This document shows positions 1 through 24,150 of a DNA stretch of 64,000 nucleotides, piece by piece. Position 1 is the stretch's first letter; the number at the start of each line of letters is the position of its first letter. This stretch comes from Lama glama (taxonomy: Eukaryota), in NCBI GenBank assembly GCA_028534125.1, contig CM052824.1, positions 61,132,001-61,196,000 of the forward strand. Reading direction: 5' to 3'. The notes below the pieces were generated by a model that did not search any database, had not been told where the DNA came from, and was given only the letters and a program-made list of their open reading frames with translations. The position numbers and the translations under genes are program-made.

Positions 1-608
1 CACGAGGTGCTCAGCACCACCGACCTCCAGGGAAGCAAACCGCAGCGCAGCGAGACTCCACCGTGCGCCCGTCGGGGTGGCCACTATCGAAAACCAGAAC
101 AGCANNNNNNNNNNNNNNNNNNNNNNNNNNNNNNNNNNNNNNNNNNNNNNNNNNNNNNNNNNNNNNNNNNNNNNNNNNNNNNNNNNNNNNNNNNNNNNNN
201 NNNNCTGGGTGAGGCAGCAGCAGCTGAGTGTCCCTCTGCGGACAGCCAGGTGACCGCGGTGCACCCCTGTACTCCGGGGGATCAGGCAGCCCCGACAAGG
301 AAGGAGAATGACACCTGCCACACGGTGGTGGACCTCGAGGATGCGGTGCTCAGTGAAACAAGCCAATTATCAACATCATACAAACGTGCGTGACTCCTCA
401 TCGGGGCCCTGGAGGAGTCAGACACACACGGACGGGAAGCAGGAGGGGCTGGGGAGTTGTGTTTCATGGGGACAGAGTTTCAGTTTGGGGAGATGAGAAG
501 GTTCTGGAGATGGATAGTGGTGACAGCTCACAACGTGAATGTGCTGAATGCCCCTGAGCTGTGCCCTTAAAAATGGTTGAGATGGTGAATTCTATGTTTA
601 AAAAAAAG
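1..608 (+). mobile_element. Old L1 (L1MB-like) 3' end fragment
   Basis: Typical L1M 3' UTR motifs (..ctcagtgaaacaagcca.., ..gtttcagtttgggagatgagaaggttctggagatggatagtggtga.., ..cttaaaaatggtt..) ending in an A run. Interrupted by an N gap. Confidence 0.75.
105..204. other. Assembly gap (100 N)
   Basis: N run. Confidence 0.99.
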
Positions 609-991
609 CAGTAAGTCTCCACGACAGGTGACTCCAGGTGGTAAGAAGCATGAACTGCACTAGCAAGACCATCTCACGGGGGTGGCAGCTGCACTGGGTC
701 CATGCGACACTGGCAGGGCGGGCTTCGGGAGGAGGAGCATGGTTGTCACAGGCCGTCTAGCCCAGGGGGACAGGCAGGTGGGCAGAAGCGGCCACAGCAG
801 CCCAGCCCTGTGCACCTGGGGCCACAAAGGAAGACACCCCACCACATTCTCTCCAAGGTGGTGGAACCCCTGACATTTTGGCTCCTTCCGTGAGCAGGGA
901 GGAGACAGGCCTCAGGCGGAGCTGACCGATAGTGACTGGATACACGCTGGTGTCAGGACCAGAACCCAGGGAGAGCACCCACCGCCTCCAA

Positions 992-1280
992 CCACTGGGA
1001 CTGAACGCCTGTGTCTCCCTTGAAAACTCACGCGGAAGCCCTTTCTCCTGCACGGCTGGATCTGGAGATGAGGCCTGAGGAAGTTATCAAGGTTGGAAGA
1101 GGTCATAAGGGTGGATCCCTGATCCTACAGGACCAGTGTCCAATACACCAGAGAGCTTTCATCGGACCCCCCGCCACCCATCCTGATCTGGAACATCCAG
1201 CCCCTAGAACTGTGGGGAATAAACATCTGTTTATGCTGCTGCCTGTGGCATTTTGTTACAGCACCCATGCTGACTAAGAC
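992..1280 (+). mobile_element. MaLR LTR (MLT1/MST-like) remnant
   Basis: Characteristic 3' end ccagcccctagaactgtggggaataaacatctgttt...tggcattttgttacagcacccatgctgactaagaca. Confidence 0.7.
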
Positions 1281-2339
1281 ATCCTGTTGACCACTTTGTT
1301 GGTCGTGGAAACAGAGCCAAACTTGGGAGTTCCTTGTGAGGCCCGCCTGGAGCAGAACCCCCAGCTGACCCACACTGGGGCAGAGCTTCCGACCTGGGAC
1401 TGACTGTTACAGCAGCAGAACCCAGCTCTTTCTAACATGGTCCCCCTAAGTAACTGGGCTGCGACATTCAAACCCAGGCAGATGTCTGCTTAGTTTATAA
1501 AGTACACACTCATCCCAAACGGACAACGGCCGAGTTGTCACAGGGCGACAGATACAAACCACCCAGCAACACCACCAGAGAAACTCGATCTGAGTGGCTG
1601 CACCCAAGGCTCCTGGGGGTCAGCTAGCATCCCTGGAACTTCTGCTGGGCGCTTCAGATGAAAAACCGGGTGTTAGGACACCAAGGGCCACTTAGTCTGT
1701 GTGCCCTGAGCCACTCCCACAGTCCAGCCACGTGGGGGACTCAGAAAACCTGCACTAAAAGCCAGGACACCCGAGGGCACTCACACACCAGCAGACAATC
1801 CCAAAACCCATGGTCTCCCTCCGTGTGAAGCCGGGGAAGAGGTGCCTGACCCCTCACGCCAGCCAGTCCAGGCTCCTCACGTCCTGAGCCTTCCGACGAG
1901 CCCACAGGCAGCTCCTGGGACGCTCCACGCCCAACCCAGCTGTGTCCCCCGTGCTTTCTACCTCTGCAGTCACCTGTGCCAACTGCCCTGGGCCCCAGCG
2001 CGGGACAAAGTCCAGTGGTTCCTGAGACACTGAGCTCGGGCTGGTGGGACCTGGATGACCGTGTGACATGCTGCTGATTTCAGAGCCCCATCTGACTTGG
2101 ACCAGAACGACAGCAAGGACCACAATATGTGAAACCACAGGCAGCCCTGGCCCGTCTCCCCGTGGTGGGGGTGGAGGGAGTGGCTGGGGCAGGAAAGTAG
2201 GACACCGCGTCACACCTGCGTGCAGAGAACCCTTCACCACAAACACCCTCGGGGAGGCAGGGGCCCGGCCAGCCGCCTTCCAACCCTGGGGTCTCCGGAT
2301 CGGCCCGGCTCTGGCCTGGGAGGCACGCCTCCAACTTAC

Positions 2340-13600
<11,261 letters not shown>

Positions 13601-16600
13601 CAACCTCAGTGGTCGTGGTTGCATATTCTTTTCTTTTCTCAAAGTGGGTCATAACAGAGGGACAGATCGCCAACCCCAGGAGTATGGGAAGGCAGAGCCC
13701 GCAAGGCCCCACAGAGGACGTCCTCTCTGGAGGAGAGCTCCTCAGGGCTGAGGGGTCCTGGCTCTGGTCACTGACGGGTGAGGCGTCTCCTTGGGAACCT
13801 CCAAAGGCCGTGTGCTTGCTTCAGGGACCAAGGTGCAAGCCGGACCGCCTTAGACAAAGGAAGACAAGGATGAACAGAGGCCAGCGTTGCTCTAGAACCC
13901 AGTGTCCAAAGTTAGCAAAGTTCACTTCTTGGGCCAATATCCCCTGCTATCATTCCCTGATGGAATTTGTTAAGTTCCCAGAATTATACAGAATGAGTTT
14001 CTCCATTAGATTGAAAACATTTTTAAACCTGAATAAAAATAGGAAAAAATAATTCTAAGATAATTCTGTCTGGGGTTTGTTGTTTGTTTTATTTTGTTTC
14101 CAAATGAGAAAAAACAAATGAGTTTTCCAGCCAACTGCCCCCCACTGGCCATCATCCAGGTTTTTATGGACTAGTAGAAAACCATACCTCCAACAGCACC
14201 CCAGGGGGCTTTGCTGGATAAAGAAGAGGAAATGGGTCAGAGACATGAGGTCCTTGTCCACAGGCCAGCATTTGGCAAGCTTGTGTACTTTTACACTAAA
14301 AGTTATAACTTTGAAAATAAAACTCTGCATTTAAAAAGTCAGTCTCACAAAAAAGTCAGTTTCATTTAACTTGGCTTAATTTAAAAAACAAAGCGTTGGT
14401 TGCTGTCTCAAGATTTAGGTGACTGCACTCCCTCCCTTTGATGGACGTTTCCCCTCTCAGAGTAGTGCCACTCACACTTCCAGTTTCCAACAGACCACAC
14501 AAAATGGCCAGTCCACTGGTGTTGGTCACTTTAAATCTTAGACTGGAAGCCACTGGGGAGGACAGACACACCTTTCCCAAAGACACTGAGTCATTAAGAG
14601 GGAATCAGGAAGGTGCTTTCTGCCTGATGCCTTCATGTTTAACTGACAAAAGTGGGCTCTCAGCTGCCCATGCTGAGCCGTTTCGGTGACAGGATTCCCC
14701 CAACATCCCCCCTCCCTACAGCGCATTTTTCTCTGAGGGAGTCCTCCAGCACTGAAGACCTGGAGGGGAGCCGCAGAAGTTAAAGATGCAGGTGGACAGC
14801 TTGGCCTCCAGCCTGACCTTAAGCCCAGAGTGGGGGACACAGCTGCCCCTCGGAGCCCAGGCCAGCAGCAGCAGAGTGCGCCCCATCCAGGCCGAGTGCA
14901 GAGCACTCTGCCCCTAGAGCCTGGGCAGCTGGGGTGGCTTCTGGGTCCTCTGCATTGGGCCAGACCTCTGGGGAGCTGCACAGTACCCTAGAACTATGAC
15001 CTTCCAGTCAGGCCCCAGGGCTTCCCAGCACTAAGGCTGCAGTGGCCACCTGCCTCACCTGCCTGGTGTCTCCCAGGGACATCGCCTGTGCAGAAGCCTG
15101 TCCACTTGGACTTGGAGACCCCTGGCATCCCTCTTCAGTCTTGCTCTCCTAGACAGGTGGGCCTTTAGGGACTAGTCTGTCTCCTTCACCCAGCTGGGCC
15201 CCTCCCACTCCCATTCTCTCCAGGTTCCAAAAGGACCTGCTGGTCCCAGTCTCTGGAGCCTCAGCCCACACACACCCCACACCTGCCCCTACTGGGCAGA
15301 CCCCAGTCCAGCCAAAAGAAAGGCTGCTCAGCCCGGCCCTCCAGAGCCTGAGCCCCCAGGGTCCCCATGCTACCCACCAAAGCAGGGTGCCTGCAGCTCT
15401 TCCTCCTGGCTCCGGGGGTTAAGAAGCAGTGAGGAGGGTAGCAGCGCTGAGCGCTCAGGCATGCTGCCTTGGGCTCAGGACTGGATGGTGACCTGGGACT
15501 GAGCCTAAGCTCACTGTCCCCACAGCCTTGTCTTCCTGCATTGTTTGCTTTTGGTAAGCAGTTCCCTACTCAGATGCCCCAGCCACTGTCCTCTCCTCCA
15601 GGGAGCCTCACTCCAGCTCCCCACCAGCTGGACCCACAGATCAGCCCAGCATAGCCCAGCCATCCTCAGAGGCACACAGGGTGGGGGGCCTGAGTATAGG
15701 CACTCCGCTTCCTGCCCACCCAGCTAAGGACAGGAGACATGCCGTGAGCACTGGCCCTCGCTTTAAAGGGCTGAGTTGGGACCTCTGCCTTCTCAGGAGA
15801 AAAGCAGGATCAGCTGCATGGTCTGGACAGACCTCGAGATCAGCAGTCGCTCAAACCCCATGGCCACTAAGGGAGCCCTAGTGTTCTCCCAGAGGGGCTG
15901 TAAGTGGCTGCCAGTAGGAGACGGAGCCACCCAGCCCTGCCTGGGATGCCTTCATGTCCACCAGAGCTGGCCCTGGAGCAGAAGCAGCAGCGGAACAGGA
16001 GCCAGCCGGGACCCCAGCCATGCAGAGTCGAGAAGCTTATGGCTCTCATCCTCTCCCCCAGGCAAAGCTGTGCACCCCACATGTGGCTCTGGGGCCAGGT
16101 GGGCCATGGCCTCTGCTCCTGTGCACATAGTGTCTGTGGCTGGGCGGATATAATTTGTCATGGGTGTGTCCACCGCTGCCATTTCTGAGAAGTGAGAAAT
16201 TAGTGGCAGGTGTTTTAATTCCTAGTGAAGAACACATCAGTGAACAGGGGTTGCGCCCACCCCATTTGGCCCCTGCGGGGGAGACCTCAGCCCCCTTTGT
16301 GGCAGCCACACCTTCCCCTCACTACTCTGTTGCTGGGCTGTGTCCACCTCGCACCCAAGGCTGGGACCCAAGGGGCAGGGTCTCCCCTGGGCCCGCACCT
16401 CACCACCCTCACCTCTAGGGGGAGCTATGATTTCCCTTGACGTTGTCATTTTGGAACGGATGTTGGAAGAAAATTTTTCATCCGGGGAAAAAAAGCAGCA
16501 GACATACAGCTGTTGCCCTGGGGCTTTAATTTCCCCGAACTGCCCCCTCACCCCTGCAGGAAGCTTCCGGACTCAACTGAGTTTATCACTGTCGCCATGG

Positions 16601-19600
16601 AAACTGCTCCTGCCCCAGGGAGTAACCAGCTGTACCACCCCACTGTGGACGCCCACTTCCCTTCCCCGAGACCTGACTCCAGACTTAGCTGCCATCCAGC
16701 CTTCTCACAGGCAGCTTGTCCATTACCTGGCCCTCGCAGCCCCCTGCCATGGTCAGGCAAGCCCTGGGCTGCAGCAAAGGCCCCAAATGGGACAAGTGTG
16801 ACACGCAGCCTTGGTGGACCCTTGGGTTTCTCCTCCTACAGCCTGGGACACGGCAGCAATCCTTGTGAGTGTGAGAACCAGGCCGCCCGGCACCACGGGC
16901 GGAGCCTCCTTTGGGGTCCCCTGGAAGCAGCGGGTTCCTCCCCAGCCTGGCCCACTCCTGCCACATGGACCCGGCCCACTACATGGATCAGGACCTCTTG
17001 CACAGCCCTTTCTGACTTTCAGGTGCACCGGGAAGCTCATAGTTGCCTTAAGAAGTGGCTGCTGGGTGCAGCCTCGGCCCCAGACCCACAGTAAACCAAG
17101 GAGTCAGGGCCTACGTGTCAGGGGAGGTGGAGGGGAGGGGCAGGAGACCTGGAGACTGTTCCCAGACGGGCTCAGACTCAAAAACCTTTAAAGACTGGGA
17201 TGATGCAAAGGGCAACACTTCCAAGATGAGGGCTTCCAGAAGAGGCGTTCCTTGGCACGAAGAGGGGAGTGGGGGCTCCTGTCACCGGGCCTCAGCATCC
17301 AGCAGAGAGTATGTGAGCCCAGAGCCTCTTCCAGGTGGTGGGGTTGTGTGTCTTCCAGCTGCTGTGCCCTCTCTTGGGATTGGGGAAGGGGCTCATCACT
17401 CAACTTGTCTTCAGAGTGTGACTGAGCCCTTAAGAATCGACCTGCCAGCATCTCCTGCTTTTCCTCCTCCCACCTGCAGGGCGCTCTGCAAGCTGGGCTT
17501 GGGGGCTCAGTGTGGAAGAGGGACTTTTCTGGGTGGCCAGTGTACTTGGCCCTGCGAGCCCCCAAGGGGTCAGGCTGAGGGACACAGGCTTCTATGGGGG
17601 GAGGTCTGCCCCTCGGGGGTGCATCCGGCCCAGGTCCCAGGCCTGGGGAGGGTTCCCCTTGCTGGGCAGTGCTGTCTGGGACCTGGGACCCTGCTGTTCA
17701 CACTTGCCAGCAGCTGAGATCATAGGAGTCTCTGACCCTTAGCTGACTGCTGACCACCGGTCAAGGAGTAAGCAGAAAGCCGCCATAGCCACAGGCCCAG
17801 GCTTCCCTAGGCCTGCCTCAAGGGGGTTGGGAGGACATGGATGAGTAACAACATCCACCAGGAGCATCTTCCCAACTCTGGCCTGGCCAGTCACAACCAT
17901 CGGCCCCCAGGGTTTGATCCACAACCTTAGCCCAGCTCCACTGCTCCCCACTCTGCTCACACAGGCAGGGCAGGGGTCCCTGGGCACAGGCTACTCCCAC
18001 GAATGCCAAGCTCACTGAACTAATGGGCAGTGCAAGCCCTGAGCACGTAGGCCGGGGGCCTCATGACGCTCAGAGGCAGGTGCTTGGGAAAAGGTGGCAG
18101 GCAGCTCCGGGGAACCTGCCTCCACACACAGGCCCACCAGGCCCCAGCAGGCAGACTGAGATGCTACCAGGGGCCCCGAGACCAACCCTCTCGATGCTGC
18201 AGTTGCTTGGGTGAGGGGCTCTTCTTCACATTAGCAAGTGGCGGGGGGGAAGCCTCAGTGCAGTTGAGGGTGTGGCTGTGTCAGCAGAGATGGAGGCCAT
18301 CCTGCAGAGCGGGCTGGCTGCCCCTGGTTCCAGCAACGCCCGGTCCAAACCACCCAGTCCCAGCCCACAAACACAGGGCCCATGCTCTCTGAAGAGGAGG
18401 TGCATAGAGAGGCCACAAGTGGCACGGTGACCTGAGTCCCAGCACTGGGAGGGGGATGGCTCCCCTCTCCTCTTCCCCAGCACTGGCCTGGGTACCACTG
18501 GGCCTCCACCCAAGACTTTTTTTTTTCTTCTTCTTTTTTAACTTGCAACCTTTTACAGGGCTGACATGTTCTGACAAGGAGTAAAACACTCTCAGGAGAC
18601 TTCAGGATTCAGTTTACATCTGATGTACTGTTATTTTCGTCTGAGACATTCATGGGGAAGAGGCAAAGTGAGTACTGGGTCAGCCCAGGCAGAGGAGGAG
18701 GTGCCTGGCAGGGCTGAGGGAGGGCAATGCTGCCTTGTCCAGTGGCCCCAGGATAGTAAGGAGTGACAGGACATGGTGTCAGATGCTGCAGAGAACCGCT
18801 GGGGTGAAGCCCCTGGAGGAACATTGTTATCCCTACGCCCAGCATGGAAGCTCCCTACCGAGAAGCAGGGAAGGCTCCCTGCCCGTGTGGGCCCTGGGGC
18901 CTCCACAGGGGGGAGGTCTCCTGTCTCTAAGGTCCTGAGTGCCAGGCTCCTGTCCCATTCCTCCCAAAAGGTGCCAACTGCATCCCTGTAGGTGGGTGTA
19001 GCTGGGCCCTGTAGGGTAGTGGGAAGGAAAGCAGTGCCACTGTCCCCAACAAGCACTGTCCCCAAGCCAGCTGAGGGTCCTAGTGAAGATGACCTGTCCA
19101 TCCACCAGCTGCTGCCCACGTGATCAACACCCAGCACTCCACCCTCCCCCTCCCAGGTCCTGTCCCCCAGGGGAAGCCTTTGGGACCTGGCCAAAGCCAG
19201 CTCCTTCCCTTACCTCATCCACCTTTCAACATCCAGGACCCGAGTGGCCATGGACTCAGAGCTGCCATCTAGACCAAGCTCCCTCACACAGATGCTAGCC
19301 TTTGTCACTCGAGGGTCTGGCCCTTAACGCAAATAGGAGACTCAGCCACCAGACGCCCTGAGGTCCCAGGCCCAGAGCCAACCGAGGTCTGATTTCAACT
19401 GGACCCCAGACTCCTTGTCCAGCTCCCTGCTAAATCCTGCCCAAAGGACACCACCGACTGCCCAGCTCTGGGCAGGGCAGGGGAAGGAGTTGCGACGGCT
19501 CACGCTGCTGCTAGAGCTGCAGCGGAGGGTCAGACAAGGCCACGTCCTGGGAGCGGACGCCAGAGCAGGACGCTCTCCTGCCGCGGGGGTCCCGCGGGCC

Positions 19601-19717
19601 AAAGGCCGGCCAGCATCCCACACCCAGGGCAAGACCCTGTTTTGGGTGGCGGGCGCCTCTCTAACTGGGCTCGGGAGAAGGGGGCCTTCGGTTGCGCGGG
19701 CGCGGCCGGCCCAGAGC

Positions 19718-22700
19718 TCACGGCTCCCGGCCACCAGCCTCCAGCGCCTGGGGACGCGGGGCGCGGCTGCGCTCGCCATCGGGCGTGCAGGCCTTGGCCG
19801 ACAGCGCCCTCTCGCGGCCCGAGCGGAAGGCCGCCGTCACGGTCACCAGGTAGGCGGTGCCGGGCGCCAGGCCCTGCAGCGTGGTGCTGTTCCGGCCCGC
19901 GGGCACCTCCACGCGCTGCGCCGCGCCGCCCAGCAGCGGCCCGACCTGCACGTGGTAGCCGAGCGCGGCGGCCGGACCCAGCGCCGGGGCCCAGCTCACG
20001 CGCAGGCTGCGCGGCCTGGCGTGCGAGACGACGATGCGCTCCGGTCCGGTCTCCTCTGCGGGAGAAGCGCCCGTGAGCGGGGTAGGGCTGCGCCCCCGCC
20101 CACCCGCCCCGGGCCCAGCACCCTGGCGAACCCTAACCCGCCCTTCGCGCCCCGCCTCACCCGGCAGCGTGCGCACTCGCAGGTGCTGTGGCCTCAAAAG
20201 CCGCACGTTGGACTCCGGCATCAGCTCCACGTTGTATTCCGTGTCGGGGTCGAGGCCGGCCCAGGCCCAGCCCGTCGCGTTCCCTGGCAGCTGCTGGCGG
20301 CGCACGGCCCCCGACTTGGCGCTGGGCATCAGCTCCAACACGTAGTAGCCCGAGTCCGGGGTCAGTAGGGGCGGCCAGGCCAGACGGAAGCCGCTAGACG
20401 TGACCTCAGAGGCACGGAGCTGCTGCGGCCACATCGCGTCTGCGGATGGTGCAGAGGGTCAGAGAAAGGAGACCGCCTTCTCTCCAGGGGAAGATGCCCA
20501 GATGAGGAGGGCAGGAGCCCTGAGGAGCCAGCCCAGCCTTGGCCACGCCCACCAGATGCGAAGGCTGCGCAAAACTGTGCTGGTGCTGGAGGCAGGACAC
20601 CAGCACAGCCAGCACCCCCTCACCCTCCTCCAGGCACCATCAGGAGCTTCCCTGCCTGCCTCAGCTCCAAACCCAGACCAGTGGGGACCGTTAGCATCCA
20701 CCTCCCACCCAGTCCAGTGGCCTGGACAAGGGCCCCTCAAAGGTGGCAAGATCCAAAGTGATGTCTGAGAACAGAGGACCAGCCCCCCGCCCAGCCAGCA
20801 CAGGGTCTGGGGTCAGCTCAGCTCTGGATGGTCAAGGTAAAGGGACCCAGCATACAGCCAGGACTGGAGAGTGCCCTGCAGGACAGCAGAGATGTGACAA
20901 CCCAAGGTGCTGCACGCCTCCAGTCCCCAGGAGAGTGTGGAGGGGAACTGCACAGTGGGCCCCCCAAATCTGTTACTACTTCTGAGATCGGATGCCAAGC
21001 AGCTCATGGCCATCTGGCTGACTGAGCTGGTAGGTATGGCTGAGAAACGTCCGGGCAGGGCGAGGACCCACAGGACTGGTGCTGCTTTCTGTGATGCTGT
21101 GTGTACGGCCGCCAACCTGACACTCAACTTGCTCATCCCCACACTCAGGCCCCGCCCCCAATCCCAGCAGCCCCCACCCGGCTGAGGCAGCCTCTTGCCC
21201 TTTCTCCTGTTTTCTGCTCCAGGCTCAGCCAGTTGTTGACCCAGGGGCCACCAGGGGCTGGGTGTCCTGGGGTAAATCTTTGGAAGGACCCTCCACCCCC
21301 TTCCAACACAGTCCCTCCCCTTCCACGTTCAGGTGGATGATTAATCCAGAGAGAGAGACAGGGAAGAACCCTGGGGTTACTTGGTACTTTTCAGGTGCTA
21401 CAGTAAACCTAGCCAGTGACCAGGCCCTTCATCTCCAGCCCCTCCTCCTGTGGGGTTTAGCTGGGTCAGGGTGGAGCTACTGGCCCCTGCAGGAGGCCCT
21501 CCCCAGTCTGGTCTGGCCTCCTTTCCAGCAGTCACTACACCCCTTATAGTGCAATCCACTCAAACCTCTCGGTGACGGTCCTCACAGGGTGGGGGGCGGG
21601 GAGTGGGGCCCCAGCTCTTGGCCCTTCCTGAGCTGGCTCTCCTCCTCCAACACACATACAGGACTGCAAGCTCCATCTGCAGATTCCTCAGGCTTGGAAC
21701 CTCCTTCCTCTTCCTCTCCTCTTAGGCACATCCCACCATATGCAGCCCCTCAGCCCTTGGGCTCACACCAAGTCCCTCATTCATGGGGCCTCCAGCAGAC
21801 AGCCCCACCTGGAGGTGTATACTCAGACAGACCTGACCTCTGTCCCACCACAACCCAGGTAGGGGGCAACCGGGGTGAACAGTTGAGCATGTCCCTGGAG
21901 AAGCCATGTGTGTCACCTGGTCCCTGAACCTCCAGGGAGCACACTGCCCCTGCAGCCCTGGCCTCTGCTCCAGACATGCACATTCCTCCTGAAGTCTGAC
22001 TCAGCTCTCTTCCCAAGCTCCCAACTAGGGTTCCCCCAGGCCCTGCCTCCTCCCACCTACCAAGAATGGAGCCCCTGAGCTCCTGGGTGATCATGTGCAG
22101 GTCGTCCACATCCACAAAGTGCAGGTGCTTCTCCGCGGGGGGCGAGGCCGCGGCCGACAACTCCAGGAGGTTGCCGCGGCCAGTGCTGACAATGAAGACA
22201 GTGACGCCCAGGTCCTTCAGCTCCTGCATAGGGGGCCCCACGAGGTCGCTGGAGCCGCCGTCTGTCACCCACACCAGCACCTTGGGCACTCCCGGCCGGG
22301 CCCCCGCCTCCTCGGCAAACAGCTGCTCCTTGGCGTATGCCAGCGCCAGGCCAGTGTTGGTGTCACCCATGCGCTGGGCTGCAGCACGAATGGCATCCTG
22401 GACAGTCGAGCCTGAGCTGTGCTGGCCGAAGGGGAACTCGGTGTGTGGCTGGCTGCCCACGTGCACCAGGCTGGCATGCAGGGCCCCAGGGCCCAGGGGC
22501 AACAGGGCCGCCAGCTGCCCCAAAAACTCCCGAACTCGGGAAAACTCATAATGAGACACGCTGGCCGAGCTGTCCAACAGAAACAGCAGGTCCCCCTGGG
22601 GGACAGATGCCGGGAGGCCTGGGGGAGAGGGGAGGGTTCAGCCCCAGGTGGTGGCCGCCTGACAGCCCCACACCCAGGGCAGAACCCCCAGCACCTGAGA

Positions 22701-23783
22701 TTTCCCTAAGCCAGCACTTGCCCTTACACAAGGAATCCCTGAGAGCCTTCTCAGTCACACACCCAGAGGTCCTGGGGTAGCACCCCAGCGGGGAGAGGGG
22801 TTCTAAGCCAACAGGAGGTCCACAGTTTCAGCGGGTCCAGCTCTGTACCCTGGCCACAGACCTGGACACTTCTGGGCTCATGTCACTTCTCCTGCAAAGG
22901 AGAGCTGACCCCTCCAAGCCCCCACACTTCAGCAGACTCTGAGTGCAGGCTGGAGCCCAGGGTCCTGGCCCAGCCCTCAGGAGTGGTGGGTGGATGGGTC
23001 TGGGCCACCAGGGCTGCTCCCTCAGGCTTGGCTTCCAGAGAAGCAGCCTCCAGGCTGGAGCTCAGCCTCCAGATAAGGCCACCCATGAGGAGTCAGGCTG
23101 GAGGGGCACAAAACAGCTGAGGAGACTGGGTACGGAGCTGGAGGGATTGGGAAGACACAGCATTGATTGCAACCCCTCCCACAGACCAGACGGCCGGGTT
23201 GGAGTCGTGACCCCACTCACAGATGATGTCACCCCTCCCGTGGCCCCCATGCTCTGCTCTGTCTGGACCCAGGAAGCAGGTTACCTGCTGCAGCAGCCTC
23301 AGGGCCTGATCGGCCCCTCCCAGGCCTCTCTCTCCCTTCCTGTCGGCATCTTGGGGGCGGGGCGGGGCAGATGGGTCCCTCCACCAACGTGCCTCGAACA
23401 GACAGTGGTCTGGGCTTTGGAGCTTCGGGGCCTCAGTTTCCCCCAACCCAGTAGGTCGCCGCCAATCTTCTTACCATCCCTCTACCATTCCATGCAGAAG
23501 GAAACTGAGGTAGGGACAGCCTCCCCGGCACACACCTCCCCCTCCCGGTCCAAGCCCCCAAATCCCGCGGAGATGCCGGCGGGGTCCGCGCGCCGCAAGT
23601 GGGTGGGGTGCCCTGACAGCCACCCCGGCCCCGGAGCCGCGAGAGGAGAGCGTGGCTCCGTGCGGAGGGTGGTGGGGCGCAGGAGCCGAGCCCGACCGGG
23701 CCCCCGCCGCACTCACCACGCTCCGCGCCGCTCCGCGGCAGCCGCAGGCTCAGGGCCAGGCCGAGAACCGTCCAGGGCAGCAT
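19718..23783 (-). CDS. VWA1: von Willebrand factor A domain-containing protein 1 (WARP): signal peptide, vWA domain, two FN3 domains
   Basis: Exons 23783-23717 (MLPWTVLGLALSLRL signal peptide), 22618-22061 (vWA, MIDAS DSSAS) and 20439-19718 (FN3 x2, ends GGREP*). An optional in-frame intron lies at 20160-20056. The protein is 448 aa if it is retained and 413 aa if spliced. Confidence 0.96.
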
Positions 23784-24150
23784 CTTGCGCGACGGGACGG
23801 GCGCGCTCTGCCTCGGCTCGCCGCTGGCTCGCTCCTGGGCGGCGGGGCGCGCGGCTGCGCGGGCGGGTCCTGGGCCCCGCCCCCAGGAGGCCCCGCCCAC
23901 CGAGGCCCCGCCCCGGCGCGCGCGCTGCCCCGCGGGCCGAGGAGCCCAGGCTCCGGGGAGGGGCGCGCACGCAGGGCCCAGATGCGCAGCGACGTGCAGA
24001 GGTCCCTGGGCTGCCGCCGAGGCACACACTTGTGACATGCACGCCCGCAGATATACAGTGTCCCCTTCTGGCTGTAGGGTCATGGGTCCTCCCTCCCCGC
24101 TGCCCCCAGCGAGGAGCCGATCAGGGAGCCGCCTGAGCTGCGTCTTCCCC
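23500..24150 (-). promoter_or_regulatory. VWA1 CpG-island promoter
   Basis: CpG-dense with GC boxes, spanning exon 1 and the sequence upstream of it. Confidence 0.75.

Noticed and set aside
1-2339. ATAD3A terminal exon
   Set aside because: No AYASEDGVLTEAM-like coding sequence was found here. It probably lies left of the window, so this is not evidence of truncation.
19415-20368. 317-aa plus-strand ORF
   Set aside because: Antisense shadow of the GC-rich VWA1 exon 3.
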